Assembly: GCA_039810425.1 (NCBI GenBank)
Contig: JBDHWW010000001.1
Span: forward strand, 64,001 to 128,000
Direction: 5' to 3'
DNA length: 64,000 bases
Origin: Pseudobdellovibrionaceae bacterium
GTDB taxonomy: Bacteria; Bdellovibrionota; Bdellovibrionia; Bdellovibrionales; Bdellovibrionaceae
Shown here: positions 1-11,078 of the stretch, piece by piece
Numbering within the stretch: position 1 is the first letter of the stretch
How the letters are laid out: the number at the start of each line of letters is the position of its first letter
The notes under the pieces: generated by a model
What the model was told of the DNA's origin: nothing
The model's database searches: none
What the model saw: only the letters and a program-made list of their open reading frames with translations
Position numbers and translations under genes: made by a program

Positions 1-460
1 CGGTAATAAAAAATTTTCCAGCAGCTTCACCACGCGTTCTTGAAGAGATGGTTGAGATATTATTATTGAAAGCGTCGAAAACCTGCAGACTGTAATAACG
101 ATCTTTAATTCTGGGAGTCTGCAGAACCAGGGGTTGCTCACGCAGATCTAAGAATGCCGATGAGTAGAGACTGTCGGGAATTGGATTGGCCACCGAGCGG
201 TCCCCGGGGCTCGGCAACCGGCTGGCGTGAAAGAAATAATTGATGGGCGCATGACCGTAGCCTGGAGTGGTTGTCATCAATTTCTTGGTGCGCTCGAACC
301 GCACGAGGGGATAGCCCCACAGATAGGCATCTTTGGCGATGTTCTCGGTGATGACCGCTTTCTTCACACTAGCAATGGGCAAAGACCGCGAATCTTTCTG
401 AGCGAATGACAAGCACGGAAGAACACAAACAAAAGCCGAAAGCAGTATCATTTGTTTCAT
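1..460 (-). CDS. DUF1254 (DUF1254/DUF1214-type) exported protein, N-terminal part; runs off the window
   Basis: Not in the ORF track. Manual translation from ATG 460 (GGAGG at 466-470) gives MKQMILLSAFVCVLPCLSFAQ (signal peptide) ... AYLWGYPLVRF ... NYFFH ... PDSLYSSAFLDLREQPLVL ... RYYSLQVFDAFNN ... RTRGEAAGKFFIT, matching DUF1254 motifs. Confidence 0.8.
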   Translation of the reverse strand, partial: MKQMILLSAFVCVLPCLSFAQKDSRSLPIASVKKAVITENIAKDAYLWGYPLVRFERTKKLMTTTPGYGHAPINYFFHASRLPSPGDRSVANPIPDSLYSSAFLDLREQPLVLQTPRIKDRYYSLQVFDAFNNNISTISSRTRGEAAGKFFIT

Positions 461-570
461 GCAAGCCTCCAAGCACCTTTAGAGGATCTCTTCAGGAGTT
501 TTGCCAGGAATGCTAGCATGTGGAGGACTTCAATACTTGGTTAAACTCTGGAAGAATTCACGAAACCTAT

Positions 571-1353
571 TTAGCCGCAGGAGTTCATACTCTTAGAATG
601 ACAGCGTAGAGCCTCTTGGAACGCAGGCTGCGAAAGAAAAATCTGCTCGATGCGGTTTTGAAAATTGGGATGAGTCTGTGCCCAATCAGGCTTCTTATGT
701 TGTTGACTGCACGCGAGACTCAAGAACAGCAGTTGTGATTCAAAAGCCTGTTTGCCGGCAGCTCTTGGATCGCGCTCAAGCGCGATTTTGTCTGAAAGCA
801 CCTTGGATGCAACCCAATCCGCAAAGATTTCATCCACTTGTTTTTTAGGAAAATCCTTAAAACACGGAATATGACTTTGCAGCTTCTGAATCACATGACC
901 CAACTCGTGTGCAAGTATTTGCTTAAGCGTTCCCTGCGGATAGCTCAGTAAGTTTGGGCAGACGTAGACCTTGTGCATGCCAGGGATATAGATGGCATTG
1001 GGACGGCTGCAAGCACCGGGAAGGACTTTTCTAATTTTTGGATCTTCGAAATTGCCCAAGGTGACAGTGGAAATGGCTTTCACCAAAGAATCAAATGTCC
1101 TCTGCGGGAGCGAGGACTTTTTTTGCGCAAGCAATTCGAGAATGGCCACTTGATTCTCAGCAAAGAGATTTTCCACGCCTTCAAAGGACCGGTCGCTGTT
1201 CGTGTTTTCCGGAATGTCGAAATTCAGCACCGAGTTGGTACTTTTCATTTGGTCACATAGCAAGCGCATTGAGCACGCTGGGCGTGACGTATCCGCGAAA
1301 AGCGTTGTGCTGAAAAAAAGAACTGACAACAGACTTGCGACAAATAACTTCAT
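571..1353 (-). CDS. Secreted putative zinc metallopeptidase (HExxH)
   Basis: Signal peptide; PNAIY...VYVCP, ILAHELGH and a downstream EIFAD motif; several Cys. Confidence 0.65.
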   Translation of the reverse strand: MKLFVASLLSVLFFSTTLFADTSRPACSMRLLCDQMKSTNSVLNFDIPENTNSDRSFEGVENLFAENQVAILELLAQKKSSLPQRTFDSLVKAISTVTLGNFEDPKIRKVLPGACSRPNAIYIPGMHKVYVCPNLLSYPQGTLKQILAHELGHVIQKLQSHIPCFKDFPKKQVDEIFADWVASKVLSDKIALERDPRAAGKQAFESQLLFLSLACSQQHKKPDWAQTHPNFQNRIEQIFLSQPAFQEALRCHSKSMNSCG

Positions 1354-1412
1354 TATTAAATGATAGAGGTCATTTAATTTCGAGATACAGTGATTTCTGC
1401 AAGGTCATGGGT

Positions 1413-2108
1413 CTAGTTTTTGCAAATAAAACTGATTTGACGGCCGGACTTTTCTTTATCGCGACGATAAGAGTGAAAACGGGGATCAATAAACGTATCG
1501 ATGTGGAGATTGTAGAGGTTATCAAATGCCACTCCACAGTTTTGCAATTGCGTGCGCAATACTTGATTGAGGTCGACCAGAGCCTTTTCTGCGTTGATGT
1601 TTTTGTGATAAATGCTGTCCTTGTGAACAGCGCCAAAATCAATGCTGGAGAGGATTTCATCACGCACATTGTAATCTACTTCAAAACTGTTCATTTGAAT
1701 GTGGGGCCCTACGATGACGTGGATATTTTCAGGAAGGCATCCTGCGGTGTGCAACCGCTCAAAAGTTTTCGGTATGATTTGATTTGCAACTCCACGCCAG
1801 CCCGCGTGAATTCCGGCGACGATTTCTGTTTTAGAATCGTAAATAAAAACTGGAATGCAATCGGCCGTCGATATGCACATTGCGGTTTTTGGAATCTCGG
1901 TGAAGTGGGCATCGGCTTCGACTTTATAGTCAAGCGCCATATCTTTTGAGTGAACGACGGTATCACCGTGAGTTTGCTTAATGCGCAGAAACTGGAAGTT
2001 GGGAAATGACGCTTGTAGATTCACGACTTGGGCTTTTAAACCACCGAGTAAAACCGTGATCTTCGAAGTTTCAATCAAATATCCGAGGTTTGTTTCGCTG
2101 ACTTTCAT
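1413..2108 (-). CDS. pgeF: Peptidoglycan editing factor PgeF/YfiH (laccase-like domain)
   Basis: QTHGD, STADCIPV, IHAGWRG, GPHI and HSYRR motifs; follows rluD with an ATGA overlap at 2105-2108. Confidence 0.9.
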   Translation of the reverse strand: MKVSETNLGYLIETSKITVLLGGLKAQVVNLQASFPNFQFLRIKQTHGDTVVHSKDMALDYKVEADAHFTEIPKTAMCISTADCIPVFIYDSKTEIVAGIHAGWRGVANQIIPKTFERLHTAGCLPENIHVIVGPHIQMNSFEVDYNVRDEILSSIDFGAVHKDSIYHKNINAEKALVDLNQVLRTQLQNCGVAFDNLYNLHIDTFIDPRFHSYRRDKEKSGRQISFICKN

Positions 2109-3094
2109 TCCAGCCCCCATTCTTGAATCAATGTTTTAATATCCGGGGGCCAGTCTTTCGCAAAGAAAAGTTCTTTACCAGACGTGGGGTGAGTAAATCC
2201 CAGTTCCGCCGCATGAAGGAGAAAGCGGTTGAGATGCTTTAAATCCGTTTGTGTCTTCTTCGAAGTGATGTTTTTAGCTTTCCTATCCGCACCATACATA
2301 TTGTCGCCGGCAATAGGTGTGCCTTTTTCTGAAAGGTGCACGCGGATTTGGTGAGTGCGGCCCGTTTCTAGCTTCAATTTACAGTAACTGAGGCCGCCGT
2401 GTGTTTTCATCACTTCGTAGTGAGTCACGGCCCATTTTCCAACAGGCGGTTCCGGCGACTTCGCCGTCTGGATTTTTCGGTCTTCGCCAAGTACGGAGGC
2501 ATAGCGTTTGCGGTCTACCGGATGGCGAGCCAGATATGAATGACTAGTGCCCATAGGAGGTTTGGGCACGCCAATGCAAACGGCATAGTAAATACGGTGA
2601 ATACTTCGGGCTTTGAACTGCTTTGTCAGCATTTCGTGAGCCTTGTCGTTCTTTGCAATGACAAGCACACCGCTGGTTTCTTTGTCCAAGCGGTGGACTA
2701 CCCCAGGACGTTGCTCGCCGAATTTCATCGAGAGATCTTTCGCATGATGAATGAGTGCATTGACTAAAGTGTCTTGCGCATGACCGGCCGCTGGATGGAC
2801 TACTAGCCCGGAAGGTTTATTGAGCACAATCAAATGCTCATCTTCAAAAAGGATGTCCAGTGGGATGTCGTATGCCACAAGATCCACTGGCGCAGGCTCT
2901 GGCAGTTGAATTGAGATTTCATCACCGGCTTTTAAAGAGAGGGATGATTTAGCCGGGCGACCATTCACGGTGACGCGACCTTCATCAATGAGATGTGAGG
3001 CGCGCGACCGAGTTTCGACCTCTGGCCGCAAGGCCAAGGCTTTGTCGAGCCTGAGTCCCAGCATTTCTTCATTACAGGTAAATGATAGAATCAT
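2105..3094 (-). CDS. rluD: RluA-family pseudouridine synthase RluD
   Basis: N-terminal S4 domain; NKPSGLVVHP, VHRLDKETSG, LETGRTHQIRVH, LHAAELGFTHP. Confidence 0.93.
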   Translation of the reverse strand: MILSFTCNEEMLGLRLDKALALRPEVETRSRASHLIDEGRVTVNGRPAKSSLSLKAGDEISIQLPEPAPVDLVAYDIPLDILFEDEHLIVLNKPSGLVVHPAAGHAQDTLVNALIHHAKDLSMKFGEQRPGVVHRLDKETSGVLVIAKNDKAHEMLTKQFKARSIHRIYYAVCIGVPKPPMGTSHSYLARHPVDRKRYASVLGEDRKIQTAKSPEPPVGKWAVTHYEVMKTHGGLSYCKLKLETGRTHQIRVHLSEKGTPIAGDNMYGADRKAKNITSKKTQTDLKHLNRFLLHAAELGFTHPTSGKELFFAKDWPPDIKTLIQEWGLE

Positions 3095-3720
3095 TTTATC
3101 GAAGTGCTTGCCTTCAACACTTTCATGTAAGAGTCGGCGACCCTTTTATCGTCAAGGCCGAGCATTTTTGACATCTGAACGACATATCCACGGATGAAAA
3201 CAGGAGCCGGCAAGCTTCGCGGGTCCATTTTCTCAATTGCAGTGATGTAGTACGAATTGATCTTGGTCTTTTCACTCATTTTTTGAACAGTAATCTTTTT
3301 GTACTCACGCACGCGGGTTAGAAAGTCGCCACCCCACTCTTCGCGGTCTGCGATTTCTTTTTCGAAAGCTTCGTCTTTTTTGTACTCTGCTTTTCGCTCT
3401 TCTTGTTTTGGTTCAGAGAACATCTGTTTGCTGGCATTTACGATCGCATCATATGACAGGTCTTCCAAATGGAAACGACCACTCAGCAAACGTTGATCAT
3501 AAACACTGCGAAGATTTTTATTACCAAGAACCGAGTAGGCCTCTTCGATCAAAACCAGTAATTCGCGGGCCTCTTGCTCTGAGAAAATAGTATAGATTGC
3601 TGGATTATCGCCAGAGTAAGTGGCCTTGGCTCTTTCGTAGGCCTTAGTCACTTCGTGTTGGGCTGAATTCGCATTCAACTCCAAGATATCATAATAATTG
3701 TTTCTCGATCCTACATTCAC
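3091..3720 (-). CDS. DnaJ-like N-terminal domain plus RodZ/XRE-type helix-turn-helix protein
   Basis: NYYDILEL...IEEAYSVLGN...RSVYD is J-like but lacks HPD; C-terminal LTRVREYKKIT...TKIN...AIE...LPAPVFIRGYV. Confidence 0.75.
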   Translation of the reverse strand: MNVGSRNNYYDILELNANSAQHEVTKAYERAKATYSGDNPAIYTIFSEQEARELLVLIEEAYSVLGNKNLRSVYDQRLLSGRFHLEDLSYDAIVNASKQMFSEPKQEERKAEYKKDEAFEKEIADREEWGGDFLTRVREYKKITVQKMSEKTKINSYYITAIEKMDPRSLPAPVFIRGYVVQMSKMLGLDDKRVADSYMKVLKASTSIK

Positions 3721-3728
3721 CGTAACTA

Positions 3729-4700
3729 CTATATTACGGCGCGAAGCTCCTTAGGATCAATAAGATGTTTGCATGTTGCTAAAAATTGACCCGCAAGCGG
3801 AGTGAATGGCTGAGCCATCAAAACAGGTTCACGATTGCGAATCGACTGCCACACCGCATTGTCATAATCAATGGCGCCGAGGAAATCGACTTTAAAATCG
3901 TAGTATTTGTAGCAAACACTCTTCATTGAGTAGCCAAGTTCTGAATTAGCTTGGCTACGGCATGAATTCACGATGAGTCTCAACGGCTTCGACATAAGGC
4001 TTTCAAAGTGGTCCGGCTGAATGCCAGAGTTTTGTTTTAGGTAAGTTCTAAAAGAGAAATGCTTTTCACCTAGACCATGACGATTCTCGCGCAGAGTTTT
4101 GATCATCTGGTCGTAAGCTTCAGGAATACTGTGCTCCCGCAGAGAATAACAAACAAAGGATTCGATAAAGCGATACGTTTTTTCGATGCTCGTAGGTTCA
4201 GGTGAGGACACGAGGATCTTTTCATCAGCAAGTTTCAGCATTTCAAGATGGCTCGCCAGGGCTCCGGCGCCAAAATCAACAAGAACGATATCCGCTTTAA
4301 GTTTTCTGATTTCGGGAGCCAAGTGCTGAATTTGTTCCACTGAGATATCGGTCGGAGTCCAGGCGTCCCAAAAGCCCTGAATGTAAGAAACTCGGGGAAT
4401 CGAAGTGGGAATCACAAGGTCTTGCAAAGTTTTAGATCCTTCGAAAAAGTGACGGATGCTGTCTGAAGAAGGTGCAAGTCCAAATGTTGTATGAACATTG
4501 GCACCGCTTAAATCAAGATCCACGATGACAACGGTATGGCCCATTTTGCTGAGGCAAATTGCCAAGCTGGAAGTGACGAAAGTTTTTCCTACGCCGCCTT
4601 TGCCTGATGCCACGGCCCAAATTTTTGCTGGGACACTATCTGAAGCGGAAGGCCTCAGCTTGATCACATCTTGCGATTCATTATCCACGTCACGTTCCAT
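3729..4700 (-). CDS. MinD/FlhG(FleN)-family P-loop ATPase
   Basis: Deviant Walker A ASGKGGVGKT; VDLDLSGAN; PEPTSIE. Confidence 0.85.
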   Translation of the reverse strand: MERDVDNESQDVIKLRPSASDSVPAKIWAVASGKGGVGKTFVTSSLAICLSKMGHTVVIVDLDLSGANVHTTFGLAPSSDSIRHFFEGSKTLQDLVIPTSIPRVSYIQGFWDAWTPTDISVEQIQHLAPEIRKLKADIVLVDFGAGALASHLEMLKLADEKILVSSPEPTSIEKTYRFIESFVCYSLREHSIPEAYDQMIKTLRENRHGLGEKHFSFRTYLKQNSGIQPDHFESLMSKPLRLIVNSCRSQANSELGYSMKSVCYKYYDFKVDFLGAIDYDNAVWQSIRNREPVLMAQPFTPLAGQFLATCKHLIDPKELRAVI

Positions 4701-4716
4701 GGGACCTACTCCAAAT

Positions 4717-5421
4717 TTACTTGAGCGGGGAAATCACGATCCCCTTTCTTTGCTCTTCGGCTTCGGATGCGCGGATATAAAGGGGCACAAATGAATTCCA
4801 TTCAATAGTCTTGTTAAGTTTTGCGCGCTTCTCAGCAAGCAAACCCAAGGTTTCTGAAAGAGGTTGATCGCTGAATTGTACATCCCTGTGAAGTTTTTGT
4901 TTTAAATCTTCAGGCAAGTACTCTTGATAGGTTTCATAACCATCGCCGACTACAAGAACATCTTGTGTGATAAGGTCTTTTAGTTTTTGTACGGGAACCG
5001 CGCCCGGGCCCACAATGTAAGTAGGCTCTGGACTTTTGTTTAGGTCGAAGAGTCCCAGGTACACCATGTTCTTGTAAGCATTGATGATTGATAGAACTGG
5101 TAGATGACTCTTGACGGCAGCCGCAAGCAAAACCAATGAGTCGATGGTGACGAGCGGCCGGTTATAAATGTAAGAGAAGCTCTTGCCCGCATTCGCGGCC
5201 ACACGAATACCTGTGAAACTGCCGGGACCTTGGCCGACGGCAAAGATGTCGACCTCTTCCAGCTTAATGTGAGCCTTATCAAGGCAGTTCTGTACGAAAC
5301 GGTTGAGAACCTCGCTATGGGACTTCTGACGGAGGGAGGATTCCATTGCTAGAACCTGTCCGTCTTTTATCACCGCAACCCCACCGAGTTGGGTGCTGGT
5401 TTCCATAGCGAGAACGATCAT
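4717..5421 (-). CDS. tsaB: tRNA threonylcarbamoyladenosine biosynthesis protein TsaB
   Basis: LAMETST, HSE, GQGPGSFTGIRV and C-terminal PLYIR..EAE. Confidence 0.93.
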   Translation of the reverse strand: MIVLAMETSTQLGGVAVIKDGQVLAMESSLRQKSHSEVLNRFVQNCLDKAHIKLEEVDIFAVGQGPGSFTGIRVAANAGKSFSYIYNRPLVTIDSLVLLAAAVKSHLPVLSIINAYKNMVYLGLFDLNKSPEPTYIVGPGAVPVQKLKDLITQDVLVVGDGYETYQEYLPEDLKQKLHRDVQFSDQPLSETLGLLAEKRAKLNKTIEWNSFVPLYIRASEAEEQRKGIVISPLK

Positions 5422-5424
5422 GAA

Positions 5425-7092
5425 CTAGTTTCCAAACAAACGAGTAAAGTCATTAAACAGCGCAAAGACCATTAAACTCATCAACAGAACCAGGCCTACT
5501 TGTTGGGCGATTTCCATTTTCTTCATACTGATAGGAGCGCCCTTCAGGCCTTCAATGGTATAGAACAAAAGATGTCCCCCATCAAGAACTGGGATTGGCA
5601 ACAAATTCAAGATAAAGAGATTTACTGAAATCAAACCCATCATTCTCAAGAAGGGGCTGATACCGATTTTAAAGGTCTCACTTGCGGCTTGACCGATTGA
5701 GATTACGCCCCCGATGTTCTTAGGCGAAACTTTGCCTTCAAACAAGCGAACGAAACTCATAACTGTCATGACAGAAACGTCCCAAGTACGTTGAACGCCG
5801 ATTTTGGCCGCCTCAATGGGGTTGCTCGTGCTGATTTTCACGAGTTCTGGTATTGCAAAGTTGATGTAAGGAGCTACACCAATAGTATAGCGCTTATCTT
5901 CAACTCCACCTGGAGTCATTTGTGAAATCATTTGTGGAACGATCGTCATTTTCAAAAGCTCTGGACCCCGCATCACTTGGAGTTTCAAGCCTTCTTTGTT
6001 GCCGTCGTAGGCCGTTACAGAAGAAATCACGTTATCCCATTTTTCGATCTTGGTGTCGTTGATTTGCATGATACGGTCGCCCGGCAAAAGCCCCGCAGTT
6101 TTTGCAGGCGTTCCATCGAGGATTGTACCAAGATACAAGTCCGAACTTTCCAGTTTCAAAGTTTGGAAGTTGTATTTCGGAAGAGCGATCGGCGCCAAAG
6201 TAATACTCATCGTTTCTGTACTTTTATTGTCGGCGTTCGGCCCGCGCTCTACATCGATCTGCAAGGTCTGTTTTGGGTCCTGTTTTTCCAAAGTGGTTTC
6301 AAGATCTCGCCAGTAAGCAACCGCCTGACCGTTGATCGCGGTCACACGGTCACCGGTTTTAAGGCCCAAGGCCGCTAAAGGAGAATCCTTTTGCACGCCG
6401 ATCAAGGCCGCTTTTGACATAGGTGAAAGGCCTTCGATTTCGCCAACCGTAGGATCCGTACTGAGAACGTTGGGATTTGGCTTGCCTGAGATATCCACTT
6501 TTAACGAGGTCTTCTCAGCGCCGCGCTGGATATCCACCATGGCCTGAGTGTCGTGGATATCAGAAAGCTTACTTTCAAACTCTTCCCAGGTATTTACGTT
6601 CGTACCATTGACAGAAAGGATTTTATCTCCGGATCTGAAACCAGCGGCGTAAGCCTTGGAAGTTGTTTCCAAATCGCCCACTTTTGGTGCGCGATAGTCC
6701 TCACCGATAAACGCCACGACGAAGAAAATAAAAATCGCAAAAAAGAAGTTCATTAACGGGCCGGCGAGGACCACAGAAATTCTCTGCCATACGTTTTTAT
6801 GTGTGAAAGAATAGGGCTTATCCGTCTCGGCAATTTCAGCGCCGGGCTGGTCGCCGAACATCTTCACATAACCACCCAAGGGGATGATTGAAATGCAGTA
6901 CGTCGTATCTCCGCGCTTGTATTGGAAGATTTTCTTGCCAAATCCCAAACTGAAAACTTCGACGCGGACACCGCACAAACGAGCCACAATGAAGTGACCG
7001 AATTCGTGAATGAAAATCAAAATTCCAAGGAGGATTACGAAGGGAACTGCTGAATTAAGGACACCTTTAAGTAAGCCGATGATAATTTCCAT
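5425..7092 (-). CDS. rseP: RIP metalloprotease RseP with multiple PDZ domains
   Basis: HEFGH, IPLGGYVKM, AGPLMN, NLLPIPVLDGG; three PDZ-like GDxI repeats. Confidence 0.95.
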   Translation of the reverse strand: MEIIIGLLKGVLNSAVPFVILLGILIFIHEFGHFIVARLCGVRVEVFSLGFGKKIFQYKRGDTTYCISIIPLGGYVKMFGDQPGAEIAETDKPYSFTHKNVWQRISVVLAGPLMNFFFAIFIFFVVAFIGEDYRAPKVGDLETTSKAYAAGFRSGDKILSVNGTNVNTWEEFESKLSDIHDTQAMVDIQRGAEKTSLKVDISGKPNPNVLSTDPTVGEIEGLSPMSKAALIGVQKDSPLAALGLKTGDRVTAINGQAVAYWRDLETTLEKQDPKQTLQIDVERGPNADNKSTETMSITLAPIALPKYNFQTLKLESSDLYLGTILDGTPAKTAGLLPGDRIMQINDTKIEKWDNVISSVTAYDGNKEGLKLQVMRGPELLKMTIVPQMISQMTPGGVEDKRYTIGVAPYINFAIPELVKISTSNPIEAAKIGVQRTWDVSVMTVMSFVRLFEGKVSPKNIGGVISIGQAASETFKIGISPFLRMMGLISVNLFILNLLPIPVLDGGHLLFYTIEGLKGAPISMKKMEIAQQVGLVLLMSLMVFALFNDFTRLFGN

Positions 7093-7190
7093 ATATCCCC
7101 ATTTTACTAATAGAGGCGCTGTATCAGCTAGGAAATTTGTGGATTGGTGTGGTGAATTACGGGTACCTAGACGTTCTACCTGATGCTTTT

Positions 7191-8012
7191 TTAATACTGT
7201 GACTCAAAAAGAGAAGCGACAAGCATCAAAATAGGGCTAGCAAACAACACCCCGTCGATTCTATCTAAGATTCCGCCATGGCCTGGCATCAGATTTCCAG
7301 AGTCCTTTACGTCTGCAACACGCTTAATCAATGACTCAAAAAAGTCACCAAACTGGGCGACAAAGCCGGCACATACAGAGGTGACGAGAATCGCATTTAG
7401 TTGAATATCCGGAAGAAAACGAGAACAAACATAGCCAGCGACCAACGAGCCAACCAGGCCGCCGACAGAGCCTTCCCAGGTCTTCTTCGGTGACAAACGC
7501 GGGTTTATTTTGTGTCTTCCCACAAGGATTCCCACTAAGTAAGCACCCGTGTCACCGGCAAAAACAACGGCCAGTAAAGTCGCAAACCAAACAAGGCCAT
7601 GAGTTAAATCCAAGAGACGGTAAGCATACGACGGCAGAAGGCCCAAATAAACGAAGCCCATCATAGCTTTGGCCTGGTAATGAACGAGTCTGTCCAGCTC
7701 AGGAAATCCTTGATGGGTCAAGACACTCAACACCCAGAAGATCACCGTGAGTACTGAAAACGCCACCACTGCAAAAGATGGATAGTTCGCCGCCACATGG
7801 AAGATCATCAGTAAAATAACGTAGAAGAGACTTTTATGAAATTTGCCAGTGCCTTTAGGAAGTAAGATTTGAGTGAGCTCATAGCCGCCGATCAGAACCG
7901 CCGCATAACAAATAAGACGAAGGCCCGTAAATTCCAAGAAATAGTAAATCGCAAAGAGAACGCCAAGAGCGACAATCGCAGAAATTGATCTAGTGAGAAA
8001 GGTTTTTGCCAT
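7191..8012 (-). CDS. cdsA: Phosphatidate cytidylyltransferase
   Basis: DTGAYLVG, SPKKTWEG, GDFFESLIKR..VKDSG..PGHGGILDRID. Confidence 0.95.
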   Translation of the reverse strand: MAKTFLTRSISAIVALGVLFAIYYFLEFTGLRLICYAAVLIGGYELTQILLPKGTGKFHKSLFYVILLMIFHVAANYPSFAVVAFSVLTVIFWVLSVLTHQGFPELDRLVHYQAKAMMGFVYLGLLPSYAYRLLDLTHGLVWFATLLAVVFAGDTGAYLVGILVGRHKINPRLSPKKTWEGSVGGLVGSLVAGYVCSRFLPDIQLNAILVTSVCAGFVAQFGDFFESLIKRVADVKDSGNLMPGHGGILDRIDGVLFASPILMLVASLFESQY

Positions 8013-8715
8013 TTTGTGCAACAGCTCCGAATCTTCTTTGACGGCTTTGATAGTCCTGCAGGGCTTTATCTAGGCTCGCTTCAGTAAAATCCGGCCATAA
8101 CGTCGAAGTAAAGTAAAATTCACTATAAGCCGCTTGCCACATGAGGAAGTTCGAAAGGCGCAGCTCACCACTGGTGCGAATAATCAAATCTGGATCGGGA
8201 GTAGGATAGGTGCTCAGAGCCTCATGGATCGTCGACTCAGTAATTTCTCCGGCCTTGATTTCACCCGTAGCCACTTTCGCAACGATGGTCCGGACCGCTT
8301 CCGTGATTTCTTGGCGAGAACCATAACTGAGCGCAAACACCAACTGCAGTCCTGTGCATTTAGCGGTGGCCTGCATAGATTTAGTAATGGCATCGCGTAC
8401 GTCAGCGGGGACTTTAGAAACATCACCAATGATGGAGAAACGGATGTTCTCTTTCACCAGGTTTTCAGTTTCTTTTTTGAGGTAACGGCGAAGAATGTTC
8501 ATCAAGGACGAAACTTCGGCTTCAGGACGCAGCCAGTTCTCGGTGCTGAAAGCATATAGGGTTAAATGCTTGATCCCTTTTCTAGAGCAGGCTGTGATGA
8601 TGTCCTTAGCGACACGAGTCCCTTTGACGTGACCAAACACCCGTGGCTTACGGCGGAGCTGGGCCCAACGCCCATTCCCGTCCATAATGATTGCAATGTG
8701 TTTTAGTAAAGCCAT
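7990..8715 (-). CDS. uppS: Undecaprenyl diphosphate synthase
   Basis: HIAIIMDGNGRWA, YAFSTENW, DLIIRTSGELRLSNF. Confidence 0.96.
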   Translation of the reverse strand: MALLKHIAIIMDGNGRWAQLRRKPRVFGHVKGTRVAKDIITACSRKGIKHLTLYAFSTENWLRPEAEVSSLMNILRRYLKKETENLVKENIRFSIIGDVSKVPADVRDAITKSMQATAKCTGLQLVFALSYGSRQEITEAVRTIVAKVATGEIKAGEITESTIHEALSTYPTPDPDLIIRTSGELRLSNFLMWQAAYSEFYFTSTLWPDFTEASLDKALQDYQSRQRRFGAVAQNGKNLSH

Positions 8716-8748
8716 GTGCTAGGACTCCGGAAAACGCGCTGTTATCGA

Positions 8749-9306
8749 TTAAATGGTCATGATGCTTTTTTCTTTTTCGTCCGCGATGTGATCGATTTTT
8801 TTGATGAAATCGTCAGTCATCTTTTGGATTTCAGTTTCAGATTTTTTTGATTCGTCTTCGCTGATGGTTTTATCTTTTAACGCCTTTTTAACAGCTTCGT
8901 TGGCATCACGGCGAATCATACGAATCGCTACGCGCGAATCTTCAGCAACTTTCTTAACTTGCTTTGCAAGGTCTTTGCGGCGCTCTTCAGTGAGGTCTGG
9001 AACTTTCAAACGAATCACCTTACCGTCATTCATCGGCGCCATACCGAGATTGCTTTTAATGATTGCGCTTTCGATTTCTTTCAAGATGGAAGTCTCCCAA
9101 GGTGCAATCAAAAAAGATTTAGCATCTGGGCAAGACACAGACGCTACCTGGGACAAAGGTGAAAGGCTTCCGTAGTAATTGACTTTAACACCGTCAAGCA
9201 TAGACACCTGGGCTTTGCCAGTGCGGATTTTGTTCAGCTCTTCAACGAGAGCTTTTGATGATTTATCCATTTTGTCTTGAGCGGACTTTTTAACATCTGC
9301 AAGCAT
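8749..9306 (-). CDS. frr: Ribosome recycling factor
   Basis: IRTGKA, PDLTEERRK, RVAIRMIRRDAN; canonical position after pyrH. Confidence 0.96.
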   Translation of the reverse strand: MLADVKKSAQDKMDKSSKALVEELNKIRTGKAQVSMLDGVKVNYYGSLSPLSQVASVSCPDAKSFLIAPWETSILKEIESAIIKSNLGMAPMNDGKVIRLKVPDLTEERRKDLAKQVKKVAEDSRVAIRMIRRDANEAVKKALKDKTISEDESKKSETEIQKMTDDFIKKIDHIADEKEKSIMTI

Positions 9307-9320
9307 GTCTATCTCCTCTT

Positions 9321-10965
<1,645 letters not shown>

Positions 10966-11028
10966 AAGGAAATCTCCTTCAATTCAATGTATGAAATTAA
11001 ACAGGTATAAAAATTAGGTCATAGAACA

Positions 11029-11059
11029 AGGCAGCCGCTCTTGAAAAGCTCGGCCGCCT
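11029..11059 (-). terminator. Hairpin between rpsB and tsf (possible partial terminator)
   Basis: Minus strand AGGCGGCCG...CGGCTGCCT stem followed by a weak U tail (TGTTCT), just downstream of the rpsB stop. Confidence 0.45.
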
Positions 11060-11078
11060 CATTGTAAACGAGCGCTGA

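Noticed and set aside
491..506. Sigma-54-like site upstream of the DUF1254 gene
   Set aside because: TGGCAAAACTCCTGAA has GA instead of the conserved GC at -12.
1335..1949. 204-aa plus-strand ORF and similar ORFs opposite tsf, rpsB, frr and priA
   Set aside because: Antisense shadows of well-supported genes.
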